Positions 14,484 to 27,270 of a stretch of DNA of 64,000 bases are shown piece after piece; position 1 is the first letter of the stretch, and each line of letters opens with the position of its first letter. The position numbers were made by a program, and so were the translations under genes. Source of the DNA: Fimbriosthenelais zetlandica (taxonomy: Eukaryota); assembly GCA_977030845.1 (NCBI GenBank), contig OZ365115.1, positions 18,972,001 to 19,036,000 of the forward strand, in the 5' to 3' direction. A model generated the notes under the pieces. It searched no databases. It saw only the letters and a program-made list of their open reading frames with translations, and had not been told where the DNA came from.

Positions 14484-17400
14484 GAGAATCGCCTCTGTTA
14501 TTATCACCAAGAACAAAAAAAAATCAAAGCATCAGACTTAACACATGTGTTCAGAAAAGAATCCAATGTCTGACGCAAAAAAAAACTGTTGCATATTCGA
14601 CCGACAAAGCAAGGAATTGACAGTATACTACAGAGAGATAGAGACACATCATCGGGGGTTATCACTTATATAGTAAATGATGGATATTATCCCAATGCTG
14701 ATGCACTTTTGTCGGAGCATGGCCCCCTCCACGGTAAGGAAATGATGAAGTGTGGGGTTAACAGGGGCCAGTAGATACCCCTCGCTGCTGCTGGCTATTT
14801 TATGGCCCATCCACGAACCCTACAAAAGAGTCAACCAACATCCCTCCACTGTTATCACTGCCAATAATATTATAAAGTGGGTTCCCACATTATAAAAACG
14901 TGCGCCCATTGCAGCTGCCTTCGAATATATGGGATGGCTTATTTTGAAAGTTCTATTTATTAACAAGTTGTTCAAGTTGGCATCGAATTTAACTCCATAT
15001 TTGATAATTATTATAATTTATTATTCTGCGAACATTGCGGCCCTATAGATGGGTGAATCTTGCATTTCCATGTATATACGTCATGTACGTAAAGTAGTTA
15101 ATCCTTGTTTGATTTAAAGTCTAACCCCTTCATTTACATGAACGTTCACATTTTTACAAGGAAGCACCATTCACAGATCTTTTCTTTGATCTCTCGCACT
15201 TTGCCCTCCGTTATTTCCAATTTCGGAATTAAACTTTCCCTTCACCCTCTCTTATTAGTTCTTGTCAAACATACATTAAGAAATATGTTCAAATTGGTAG
15301 GGGTGGGATGGCTTGATCTATGGCTCCGGCAACCTCAGAGATCCCATCGTGCGCTTTCTATCCGCAAAGAGACAAGAAAGTGATGCGATTGTAAGACCTC
15401 CTTGCAGCACGTTTAGGGCCGGATGGAAGGGCTCCCTGCTTTGTACTTATGAGGCGCAATCTTTGCAAAAAGCCAAAACATATGGCTTCAAGAAGCGTGT
15501 GTTAGTTTCGCCCTGATCGCTGCGATCCTCTTCGGATTATGTCCTCAGCTCTGAAAAGCCAAGTCCTGGGCTATTGACATATGTTGATGGAATGGGGATT
15601 AAAATTACATTGCTTTTGATTGGAATTTATGTAGTGACAGCAAGAGAACTAAACCCTCTGTTAGCCGCATTGAAATCGGGCACTTTAGAGGCTGGAAAGC
15701 TATCCCCGTATGACAAGATGACTTATCGCCCTTCACTTTACAGGGAATTACTGTCCGATCGAGTAGTTTGAAAAGCATCGATCACTCAGCCTGGAAAAAA
15801 GTCCAGCTTTTGTGTCACAATGGCCATTTCTTTTCTTGTAGGCCGCGGACACTTTTCAGGCATATTAGGCTTGTATGTGCCTCAAAATTACCAGGAAAAC
15901 AACTGTGAGAGTCATGACATTAAAAGTCTTGATTTGCTGGACAAAATAAATTCATGTAACCTGGCCATATGATCTTTTTTTCTTTTTATCTAATGCAGAT
16001 GTCCCCGATATTGTTTAAAGGGAGAACCTTTTCTCGGAAAATAGAGATTGTACGGAAAGAAAAAACAGTCAAAGATTCTGAGTGGGAATGACCACAAGAG
16101 ATAAGGATCCCGGCAGAGAAGAAGTGTTCAGCATCCCTAGAGGAGGAAGGAGATCGAACTTGTCAGATGTGATTCAAAGATAGGATATGCAAATTGTAAA
16201 TCCCTGCCCTGAAAGAAATCTCCTGGGTGCCCTTACTGGAATAGCCTACCCTTCTCTCATCCTAAACTCCTGTCTTACTCACTTGTCCAATATGCCTTGT
16301 TCAATGTGATAGGTGTAAGGAAGAAGGTTTTTATCCCCAGGGTAGAGATTTTAACATTTCTTATTGGTACCATGTTCACAAACAGTAACACGAAACATGA
16401 TACCTTATGGATTTCTTTAACATCGTATTCAAATATTCATAATGTCTCAATAAATCCATCAATGCCCATTAAAATTGAAATCAGAATATTGTTTTTTATA
16501 CCTCAACGTCAACCGGACAAGTACGAATCATCAACATTGGTCTGATTCTAACTGCTTGAAGAAAGATCAGCCAATCTGAGAGCAATCCTCATATTCAAAG
16601 TTTTAAAAATAAGACTAGTTTTAAATTTTTAAAATCTGAGTGATGTACTGACATCAAAAGGTTCTTTAATCTGCCCTAGAGAAAAAAATCTTTGCCAAGT
16701 AACTCGGGTTTGAGTTACAGCTGATATATACACACAAGCCCATGTCAGCAATAGGAAGAGACGCACCTACAACAGTGCTGCCCCCTAGCCAAGAAAGCTG
16801 GAAGCGCAATCAACCTCACATGAAACCCATACATGACAAGATGTCATGGATCAGCTATAACGACGATTCGCTGATGTAGCTTTAATCGTTTCTTCAAAGC
16901 ACCCATACCGTCCGATCTTCACCAGCATTTTCTTAATAAAATGCACAACAGCAGTACATAACATGAATGTAACCATAGAAACCAACACTCTAAGGGCAAC
17001 ATGAGAGGCCACGGGTGGTCCGATTGGTCACGTGTTTGAAAAGAGTTAAGGAATATCAAGTGAAAAGATTGCCACTGACAAGAGGTTTTTTCTCTATATT
17101 TCCGGGGTATTTATGGATTTAATTTGTCCCATCTGGATTTTATACATCTGGTAGCTACATTGACCCGACTATAAAGGCAGCATGTGATAAATTGGCTCCA
17201 TGATATTTTTTTTTCTCTTCCTCTAATCATTTACACCTTCCACTGGCCTTAGGCCTGTAATGCATCGCTTTGTATCTTCACGATGCACCCACGCATCCCC
17301 CATTGCAACAAACATATATTCATTGGATCTGACTGATATTGATAAATAAAAAATTAGCGTGGCAAAATATGGCTGGATGATAAATGACGTGAGAAATTAG

Positions 17401-18212
17401 TTGTGGGGTTTGTAAGGAGGGAAAAAAATGAAGGAATGTTATAGAAACTTGTCAAAACTGCCTGGTCATATTTTTTCCTGATGCGTCTTGTACAAGATAT
17501 TAGGGAATGGGTGAGTTTTTGTATAAATGTTTAACTGGTGAATTCTTTGTTTAGATAAAAGATAGTTCTTTAATGAGCAAATATTGTGTGTGTTTTTTTA
17601 CTTTTGTTATATCTTTCTATAAACATATGATTTTAGCTTACTCCAGGCAGTTTTTAAAATAGTTTTTCAGAAAGCCGAGAGAATACCGGGTCTCGCCCCG
17701 ACTCGGTTAGCGGTCTTATTGTACATGTATTATTGACACCTTCTGTTTAAATATAGATTAATAAAATATATATATATATATTTTAAAAAATATATATAAA
17801 AAAATATATAAACTGTACATGTATATATTTTTTTTAATAGTAGCCTAATAGTGGCATATGAATCCATCCTCAACACATTTCTCCATTACTTTAAGACAAA
17901 AAAATAATCATCAGATACTTGTACAACAAATACAAGATCATCAAAGCAGGGAAGGCAACATGCATGATGCAACAAAGGAAGCAGCGACTATTCACATCAC
18001 GTTATGGGCATGGCAATAAAGCCAGTCCCTTCTGTCCCCGGCCTAAACTCTAAATCCCCAAGTGAATTCATCTTCGAGGACAACTTCCATAAGAATAGTG
18101 TACTTGGGCTATTTAGTATCAGCCGGGATTTGGCCTGAGGGCCTATTGGTGCTATGAGACATTGTCCTTATAGGTCTTTGTCACTTCAGCCACTATGATT
18201 AATGTGCTGTAT

Positions 18213-18536
18213 TAGTAACCCCAGCATATGAAAATAATCATGATGTAGCATAGAAAACCAATACATTATAACAGGCGGGGGGGGGGGCCTTCAACAGAGA
18301 ATTCAGAAATAATGAGGTAATTTGAAAAAATCCACAAAATTCCTATTATGACGACCAGAATGATCAGAGTAATTAGGCCCATTATTATTGTTATAGTAAC
18401 CCCAGCATATGAAAATCATCATGCAGCATAGAGAACCAATAACGGGACTGATGGGGCCTTGAACAGAGAATTAAGAAAAAAATTCAGAAAAAAATTCATA
18501 AATGAAGACCAGAATGATCAGAATAATTAATCCCAT
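18213..18536. repeat. Diverged tandem duplication, about 181-bp period
   Basis: tagtaaccccagcatatgaaaa at 18213 and 18394; gaccagaatgatcaga...taatta...cccatt closes both units. Confidence 0.85.
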
Positions 18537-20471
18537 TTTATCGAAAGGTCATTTTTGCTCAATATTTAAAGATGATAGAAATGATTCCTTGAACATCACA
18601 TGCAGCATAAGATTTTTCAGTGTTGGAATGCAGGACATGACAAATCCATGACAGCCTTCTCTACACATGCTAAACGTGCGTAAGCATCAAACAAAGTACT
18701 CCATATTCACCACCCCAGCCTCCTCCATCCCTCACCCCCACGGCTCTATCAGCGGATCTACCCCCGACCATTTCAATATGAAACTGCTCCCGTTTACTGG
18801 TGCCCCCACTGAAGAGGTCAGAGTGGGGGGCCAGACGTGATGCCCTAATCTAAGCCTAATCCCTCCCTCGCCTCGCCAAGGACAGTGTCTTACAGCTGAG
18901 CTTCTGCCCCATAAACAGCCATAGCTGCGAAGAATGGGTGATGATGAGATGTGTTCCCACACTCGCTATCTCTCTCTTTCTCAATGAACTGGCCCTCCTG
19001 ATAGGGACAAGAAAAATGGCTACTAAAGTACTTCCATGGGACTGGGTATCATACTGCAATACGGAATATCAGCTTTTTTTTAGTTAGAAGTTTTATAGAA
19101 TGTTATGGGTTATGGGTGAAGGCAGCTCACACTCTTGAGTAGCACTTGAAGTTTTACGTATGATTTTCAGCTGGGGGCAATTTATCATGTGTTTTCAAAA
19201 TCAGATGTCAAGTAGTTCATCCTTGACATTCAATAATTCCAAATGCTAATATAAATAACACATAAGTCTGGGGTCGGGTCGAGGGGGGGGGGGGGGGTAT
19301 TCAATTTCATAATAGTCAACAGCGTGAGCAATAACCTGAGTAGTATAAGAAATAGAGGAAATATCAAGGCACCGAAATTCTCAGGAAGAGTGAATGCTTC
19401 TGTAAGTGGGAAATATTAATATCAATTGAATTGCACAAAGAAACCTTCAAAAACATATGAAAAGTAAATAAAGAAGGAGACAAAACAAGTTCTCATTCTT
19501 CTGAGACCTTTAAACATGACGTGTTGGCACAAAAAGGCGATGGAGTGAGCGGCAATCCCCTCCAATCATTGTAATGCATTGTTATCGCCTAACAATCGCG
19601 TAATCCATCACAATTCGCGATGTAATCTCGCCAGCAAAAATGGGATTGCTGGTTCACGTGAAGTCACGTGAGAGTGACGAGAAGACCCATTCTTTATCAT
19701 AGCGACTGATGCGAGCCCCCGGCATTGACACAAGCGTTGACAAATAGGGGGTGAAACAAAAAAGGCGCGACCTCGAGTGATCCTGGCGAAAATAATGTAA
19801 TTGCCGGTGTAATTGGCTCTGCCTTTTTGTAGCATTTTACAAGCGATAAAACTCGAAGGCAATGATCTTTTGTTCATTACTCATCAATATTGCCTTTTGT
19901 GGGACATGATGTTTTCAGGTGCACGGGGACCATTGAAGAACACTAAATTTGGTCAGACTCTTCATTTTGCTGTTTTCATTCCTCATTCTGTTTCTCTGGA
20001 GGTCATATTCTTCAGCGACCTTTCGTACTTTTCAGTCTGGTACGTCTGGGCTAATTTCCAAAGCATCATTCAAAGCTAGGCTTAGACTTATGTCTATCTT
20101 AGTCAAAGGCTGAAAGCCATATTCCAGGTATCTTTTCTATTTTGTGGCAGAAACTGACAACAGTTGGATTAGTATTTCAGAGAAAACTCCGCTAAGGAAT
20201 TGAATGAATGATGTATGTACAGTACTGTCGCATTAATTAATCACTGTGTTGATGGAACAGGAGAGTGTGGCGAGGGTGTATGGGACAAACAAGTGAGTCC
20301 ACTTCACTCCACTTTCACTATACGACATTATAAAACATTCTGGAAGTCTCAAATAAAAATTTTATCACTGAGAAGCCAGAACATGGCCTTGTGAAAAGTC
20401 ACTTTATACGCCATTTCGCATGAAACATTGCCTAAAGCGAGTCCCTAACACTAGCTCATTTCCGGGTATTA

Positions 20472-20564
20472 TGCGCATGCGTCATAAAGAGACGTATCTA
20501 ATCCCTCACGTGGTCCGTACACGTAATGAATGGATGCTTGGTAGAGCTAGCAAAGCTGACGTCA
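20472..20564. promoter_or_regulatory. Promoter/enhancer-like motif cluster (NRF1, E-box, CRE, TAATCC)
   Basis: TGCGCATGCG 20472-20481, TAATCC 20499-20504, CACGTG 20507-20512, TGACGTCA 20557-20564. Motif match only. Confidence 0.35.
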
Positions 20565-21316
20565 TATTGTGAAGAGACGCCTGAATGTTTCCGGTGTGTC
20601 TGGGAAGGCACCTTCTGTCACGTTGCTGCTTAGAAAAGCCTAATCCTAATGGCACATTCATGTCGCTATATATTCACACTTGCCTCGTTTGGCTTTGTCT
20701 TTGGCGACGTTATCCATTTTATAGTCCAGCGCATCCAGTCAGTCTTCATGGGACTTTTATTTAGACTTGTCCAAACGTTGTTTGGGAGGCAATCCTCTAC
20801 TGACATAGGTTCTGTTTTGCCTGCTTCTTGCGCCTAATCCCTCGCATTCATTGTCAACCCTCTACAGCCTCCTGATGAAATTCTTAAATCTCATTCGCCA
20901 TTAATCACTCGGTGCGGGTCCTCTTGGTGGCAAATCCCGGGCAGAAAGCATTTCATTTATCACAGAATAGGATTCAATTAATATTCTCTGGAATAGGCAT
21001 TGATCTACTCCTATTCTTTACAAGTATAAAACTCATCCCAAAGGAAGCAACTCAATGTTTTTCAATCACGCAAACATATAAAAAGTGCTAGTCTGGGAAT
21101 CCCTTGGTTGGAACTTGGACAGAGTTGTAGGTCTATAGGTCTACATCATTTAGTGAACTAAACGCTCTTAATTCCCTTAGTAAGAGTCAACAGTTTCAAA
21201 ACTGGGCTAACTAAGATAAGTTTAAAGCAAATCAAGACAATGAGAAAATAAGGGAAAAGAAAGTAGGCCCTAAGACAAAGGCCTGGGAATGCAGCACAAG
21301 TGATGGAAATACTAAT

Positions 21317-21760
21317 TATTGTCAAAATACCAGGCAAAATATTTGAAGGCTTTATACAACAATAACATAGTACTTCATCTGTTTTTGATTGGTACTTTGT
21401 CAATAGACGTTAATAGCCTTATATACCCAAAGAACTGTGGAAAAATATTCTGCAAAATACTTATTGTCAAGGTACTGGTGAATCAGAATCCTTGATACAA
21501 TAACATGTTACCCAGTTAGTACTGCATTCTGATTGGTACTTTATCAATAGCTTACGGTACCCAAGAACTTTGGCAGCAACCTCTGCAAAAGTCTTATTGT
21601 CAAAGTACCGTGCAAAAACAATACTTTGTCAATTATAGCCCTTGATATTCTTGTACCCAAAGTATTTATGAAAAGTCTTGTTGTCAAAGTACCAGTTAGA
21701 ATCACTGATACAAAGCAGGTGACCAAGTTTACTCTATTCTGATTGGTAGGCCTACTTTGT
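21317..21760. repeat. Degenerate array of alternating inverted ~15-bp motifs
   Basis: ggtactttgtcaata and its near reverse complement tattgtcaaagtacc alternate about 8 times. Confidence 0.65.
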
Positions 21761-22289
21761 GAATGGCCTTTGCCAGTCCTACTATGGCATTAGCCATGGC
21801 CAAAACAATTAGCGTTTCTCCAGGGTTACAGTATATATGATTGACAATAAAATCATAAAAACACAAAACATGTTTTTGGCATTTGAGACAAAGACAAAAG
21901 AAAGGACAGGGTTAAGGGATTTCGTTTTCCCAACGAGTGTGAGTTTTCCGTTTATTTCTTAACATACATAATTATGAAAACTGATATTAGCTATAATTTA
22001 CATTAGTCTAGGATTATACACTTTTTTAATTTTGACCCATGTATGACATTATGAAAAGAAAAGAGCAAGGCCCCAACCTCCCACCTCACTCGACCCCCCA
22101 CCGCCCATGCACCCACACCTTCAAAAACATTCTTCTCAGTTTTGCGCTGATCTCAGGAATGACCATGGCGACAAAAAAAACCGGGTTCTTGGATTTGCCC
22201 TGAAGATTCTCATGCCTGAGTATCCCAGCAAATTGTTACATAACCATAGGCGCTTCTCGCCACTTTATACAAGTATGATCCACGAAAAC

Positions 22290-24155
22290 TTATTTGCAAT
22301 AGCAGTAAAGCCTTTTAATAGGATCTTTCACACATATTGAACTGCTGCCATATCTATTCGTTCTAGCTATACCCCCTTGAATTTCTAACCTGGGCTGTTC
22401 AGAGTTCCCAAACGATATGTTCTCTCCATCATTGGTAATATCCATGATGGTGCCTTCAAAAGATGCTTTTCCTGGGACTGTTGTCACTGCCACCCTGTAA
22501 TATACAATCTTTGTCAGATTTTTAGGTTCTCCTTCATATCCAACCATTTTTGACATGGAATTGATTTTGCTCAGATATAACTTAAAACATATCTTTGTAT
22601 CATTCTTCAGAATATTATTAATTTCTGTAACCAGATAATTGGCAATTGTACTTGATGAAGCATGGGAAATGTCCTCTTCCTTGTGACACAGACAGTATTG
22701 CAATTCAATCCCAGCTGCTTTGCATGACCTATATTTTGTTATTTCAGAAAATATACTTTTTCCAATTTTTCCCCTTGCAACACCAGTGACACCAAGTATA
22801 TCTTGAAGTGTTTTGTGAATATCAAATGGCGTAACCAATCGACGAGTATTTATTTTAACATTCTGCATGGCTTGTGGATACAAATCACGGAATTTCTGTG
22901 GAAAGGCTATGAACATAGCAGGCAGTCTGTCTTCGTTTCGCCCAATTTCTGTCTCCATGATCCCTCCAATCCTAAATCCATGATCTGCATAAAATAACAA
23001 AATAGTGTTATTCCAAATTTCCAATTTCTCAAGTTTCTCAAACAGGTCCATGTATTCCTGGTCCAGATAGCGCAGATCATGTGGACTGTCATGAGACAAA
23101 CCAACGCTAAATGACGAAAAGAAGAACTTCTGACTATGGAATTTTCTGATTAGTTCCGGTAAATAATCAAAGAGGAATCTAGTTTGGAGAAGCTTTCTGT
23201 CACATTTGGTCAGCTTCATGTGTTTCTCCCTCTCAACTGCTAGCATTCCAGGTCGAATGTAATAGTCAAAATATGGTTTACGAAATCCTTTCTTCCAGTA
23301 ATTGAACAACCCCAACCATGGACAGTCTTCACCATAATAAGTGATGTAGCCTGCATTGGAATACTCCTTGAACACCATGTGTAAATTATCATACGGTCCT
23401 CTAGAGGATTTTATTATTTCCTTGACTGGGTACCCAGTGAAAAAGGGGATCATATTTGGGAAAGTGTTTAACCCAACTTTAGTGTAACCCTGAAAGTCAA
23501 AGGCTTTCAGATCCTCTCGTAGATATTTAATTGTTTTGGGAATGTACCTCAGTGCTGCAGATCTTGACATAGAATCCGTCCCAAGAAGTAACACATTCCA
23601 ATGTGATCCATTGCTAACAGAAGGATTAACCTTACTGGCTACTTTATTTTCCAAAACCGCCGAGTGGTAATTTCGATAAACCATTTTCTTACCCTTGTAA
23701 CATGTGATACGAACAAATTCAAATTCCATCTTAAATCCTTTACTTGGATCAATGGGTTCTTGATCACCAAAGACCAAAGCAGTGTCATTGCCCTCCTTAT
23801 TTCTGACTTCTTGATATAGACAATTGATATATCCTTTCCCGCTCATCTTTGTAAGGAGATCTCCTCGGAATTTTATCCAATCATTTTCTCGGTATGTTAG
23901 CTTTAATGACGGTTTGCAGAAGGCCACTTTTCTCCTAGTCACATGCCAATAAAGAGTAGGGTCCCAGGGATCCATGACAGGAATCTTGCATGTCACACTG
24001 TTCAAAACATACGGTCCGTTCGACAATTTACGTCCGGATGAAAACATGGCTGATAATGGAGCTGGCATTGTGGGATATCCTTTTGCTGTTATCCATCGCA
24101 AAAACAGTAAGAACAGTAGGACCGTGATGCTGTAGATAACATACTTGGTGTTCAA
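22290..24155 (-). CDS. DUF229-family protein, copy 1 (intact), large coding exon; predicted type II membrane protein
   Basis: 622 uninterrupted codons after the acceptor ttgtattttacatctttcag|TTG. N-terminal hydrophobic anchor (YVIYSITVLLFLLFL). Family motifs NVLLLGTDSMSR, GYTKVGLNTFPN, ADHGFR, RLVTPFDIHKTL, RSCKAAGI..YCLC recognised from memory. Confidence 0.85.
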   Translation of the reverse strand: MNTKYVIYSITVLLFLLFLRWITAKGYPTMPAPLSAMFSSGRKLSNGPYVLNSVTCKIPVMDPWDPTLYWHVTRRKVAFCKPSLKLTYRENDWIKFRGDLLTKMSGKGYINCLYQEVRNKEGNDTALVFGDQEPIDPSKGFKMEFEFVRITCYKGKKMVYRNYHSAVLENKVASKVNPSVSNGSHWNVLLLGTDSMSRSAALRYIPKTIKYLREDLKAFDFQGYTKVGLNTFPNMIPFFTGYPVKEIIKSSRGPYDNLHMVFKEYSNAGYITYYGEDCPWLGLFNYWKKGFRKPYFDYYIRPGMLAVEREKHMKLTKCDRKLLQTRFLFDYLPELIRKFHSQKFFFSSFSVGLSHDSPHDLRYLDQEYMDLFEKLEKLEIWNNTILLFYADHGFRIGGIMETEIGRNEDRLPAMFIAFPQKFRDLYPQAMQNVKINTRRLVTPFDIHKTLQDILGVTGVARGKIGKSIFSEITKYRSCKAAGIELQYCLCHKEEDISHASSSTIANYLVTEINNILKNDTKICFKLYLSKINSMSKMVGYEGEPKNLTKIVYYRVAVTTVPGKASFEGTIMDITNDGENISFGNSEQPRLEIQGGIARTNRYGSSSICVKDPIKRLYCYCK

Positions 24156-24916
24156 CTGAAAGATGTAAAATACAATGTATAACATGTGCCGTAAGGGTTT
24201 TGCAGTGGAAACTTGCACAACACTCCCATCACTATAATGGTCACCTTGCTTGACGGTCATGTTATGTCAATTTCATACAATTTCCTTTTTTTGGTATTTC
24301 AATGTTTAAACAGTATACATTGTCATTGACAATATGGCTATATGAGGAGACAGTTCTGTGTTGTTTTGGCCATCTGCTTGTAGTACAGTAGCCTACTTGT
24401 GACATTATGACGGGCATTTGGAAATAAATATAATACATGCACCTCTTCTAGAGATTCTTTGTCATAATCAAGCAGGTAGTTTAGAGTTTAAGAAATATAG
24501 ATTAAATTGATATAGCACTGAGTTTCAAACGAACCTCATTATCATGTTATCTATATTAGATATATACGGTTTAGATGAGAAGTAAAATTTGATGCGCTTA
24601 AGTGTATATTTAATAGACGATCCCAGTTTACATTAGCCTATACAACATAAAATAAACATGTTCGGGAGAAGTTCACTGAAGCCAAAACTACCTGGTTGGA
24701 AGCAGGTTGTCAGGAAAGTGTCAGGCAAGTAAATCTGACCACGAGTTTCAGTATTGGTATGGTTAATACAAATGATGCATTGTATTTGCATTTATAAATG
24801 CGCCCATAAGTAGTTTTTAGTTACTAATTTTCAGTAGTAGGCCTATCATACAGGGTAAATCAACTCAAACTTTGAATCAGTGTGTGACAGACAATGATGA
24901 AGTTAACTTCACTCAC

Positions 24917-24925
24917 ACGAATCAT
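24917..24925 (-). CDS. Probable start-codon exon end of DUF229 copy 1 (M-I-R)
   Basis: ATG ATT CGT|GTGAGT, phase 0, joins in frame to the acceptor at 24155 (761-nt intron). Confidence 0.5.
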
Positions 24926-26147
24926 GATTCCATCCAAAGCTGCATCCAAAGTGATGGACTGATTTCTCTTTATGATACCGTGTTAAAACCGTCGTATCAA
25001 CCTTGTAGACAGTGCGGACAGTGATAGCCTATTGCTTAGCTATGATAATCAGAAAGACAATGAGCTACTGTAACAGGTGAACCATGTAGGCCTATTACCT
25101 AGGCATAAGGCAAAAGAAATTGTTTAGCGTCACCAGCACCTTGCCAAAACACCCTGCTTACAGCAATAAATGGTACCGCGTGGTATCATAATCAAAGATG
25201 GCGGAAGGTGGCTCTTGATTCAATTATATTATCGAGGATTACTCCTATTTACAGGCTATATGGTTCCAGATTATGGTCAATTTAAGTAGATTTTATCTTA
25301 TTTGTGCCGGACGTACGTTATGCCACTTGAATATTTGCTAGAAACTCGAAGTTGCGGTGACGGTATTTGGGGGGATCTTTTAAGGATTTTTTTTCACCCA
25401 TTTCATGTAGGTTTAATGTTTTGCCATCCTTTGGCTTCACAATTATTATAATGTAGAGAGATAAAGACCCATATTACGGAGATATGTGTCATTTTAGTTA
25501 TTTCCATCGAGGAATAACAAAAAATAGAATTTCTGGACTCAAGACTGCGCCAATAATCTAGATTAATTTCAACCTAAATGACGTAGGTTTGAGTCAGAAT
25601 GACCTAAATTTGAATAAGTGACGCACAAGGTTAAAATTGACGCGCACAGTAACAAGCTAAACAAAACGTTGAAATCCTGTGGCCTAATATACGAACTTGC
25701 TTAACCCGAATTAGCCTACTATAGTTGCTTTATATTACCTTAAAAGGTATGTATTAATTAGCTAATTAGACAACTATATGAGGGTTGTTACCGCCGAGTT
25801 GAAGACTCTACCACGCATGAATGGTGTAAATTACCCTCATACAACAAGATGCCACAAACCGAGTTATTTCTGTCTTTATATCACGATACCTAAAATTGTC
25901 TTTTTCTTTTGAATCCTCACAAAAGTTGGTTGCTACCAGCCAACTTCGTTCTGATTCTAAAGCTATAATTTAAACTGATTCTGATTGGCCAGATCTTACT
26001 TTAACTAGGCATTTTTAGCGGATCTCTTCCCTCCGAAATGTTGCAGAGAGCTGCTTTTAGTTACGTTTTTGAGTGATCGGGATAGGGGAGGGCCACGTGG
26101 TAAAAATAAGAGCCCCTGACAAAGCATCATTAATTAGTGTATCCTAA

Positions 26148-26333
26148 AGCGGGGGCTCCACTGCTGCGATTTGACTTGCGACACTCCTGCGACAAAGGTG
26201 ATGCTCAATGAAACATTTATCAATGGAGTACGGCCTTAAGGCCTTGGAAATTAGGATCACAATTTATAAATTTAATTCCTACACAAGCATCACCTTTATC
26301 GCAAGTAAAATCGCAGCAGTGGAGTACAGGCGT
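26148..26333. mobile_element. Degenerate MITE (Harbinger-like)
   Basis: Inverted arms ctccactgctgcgatttgacttgcga / tcgcaagtaaaatcgcagcagtggag plus inner aaaggtgatgct / agcatcaccttt. Outer ends decayed. Confidence 0.6.
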
Positions 26334-27270
26334 TAGAGACAACGTTACAGTCGCGGCAGCAGGCACATGGGGAGCAGGCTATAATTATCATTCCAACGTA
26401 TAGCCTATTCCTTATTAGTTGTGGATAGCCTACTTATCGCAGGTATATAGCCAGCACGCTTTGATCTTGTCAACTTCCTGTTTCCATGATTGAAACCTCC
26501 ATAGAATAACAGAATAACTACAACATCACCTCGTAGGCCTATTTTTTTCTTGCTGTGTTAGCTTTAGTATTGAGGTGAATTGAATCACAAAGTTGAAAAA
26601 AAATCAAAAAAAATCCGAAAAACATCCATAATAGGAGATTGCGACAAGACTCAAGACTAATGTAAGAGAGTTTTACTCATATGATAGCAACATGTAACAC
26701 GGAGTAATAATTATGGCCTGCACAAGTATATTTTACAAGATAATATTTAGATAATAATCCATACCAAAATCGCCTAGTGGTAAATGCAGGAACTACAAAA
26801 TATAGTTGGAAATGTTGGGACCCATTGGGCTTCATTTTATTTCTTAACCAACAGATGAAAATTGATCAGATACAAATTTACATCAATCTATGATTACAGA
26901 TAATTATCCACTGTGATCCATGTATGGCAATGTGAAATAAAAACAAAAACAGCAAGGCCCCAAGTTCCCACCTCACTCGACCCCCCACTGCACCCACACC
27001 TTCAAGTTCAAAAACATTTCTCATCAGATTTACGTTGATATCAGGAATGACCCTGGCGACCTTAAAAAGTGGTTTTCCGTATTTGCTCTGAAGATTCTCA
27101 TGCCTGAGTATCTCATCAGATGACGGATTACATCTATATAATCTTATATAAGAGCGCACCAGTTATATTCTCACCATTAGACGTAAGTTCTCTGTAGTCT
27201 AACTATACATGTATACATGTAGGCCTATAATACATAGGCCTACATGTATGCATATACATGTATGTATGAT

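Noticed and set aside
833-21726. Numerous 60-150 aa ORFs in the supplied track
   Set aside because: No recognisable domains; many are low-complexity, run through MITEs or microsatellites, and lack splice or start context. Expected by chance.
24156-24260. N-terminal extensions MTVKQ.../MMGLAG.../MLYIVFYIFQ of the DUF229 ORFs
   Set aside because: LYIVFYIFQ is the translation of a polypyrimidine tract plus CAG, and upstream phase-0 ATG exons exist. Use of the in-frame intronic ATG cannot be fully excluded.
24894-24962. C/D-box snoRNA-like pattern (ATGATGA ... CTGA) on the plus strand
   Set aside because: Weak terminal stem, no plus-strand host gene, no recognisable rRNA guide, and it overlaps the DUF229 start exon on the other strand.
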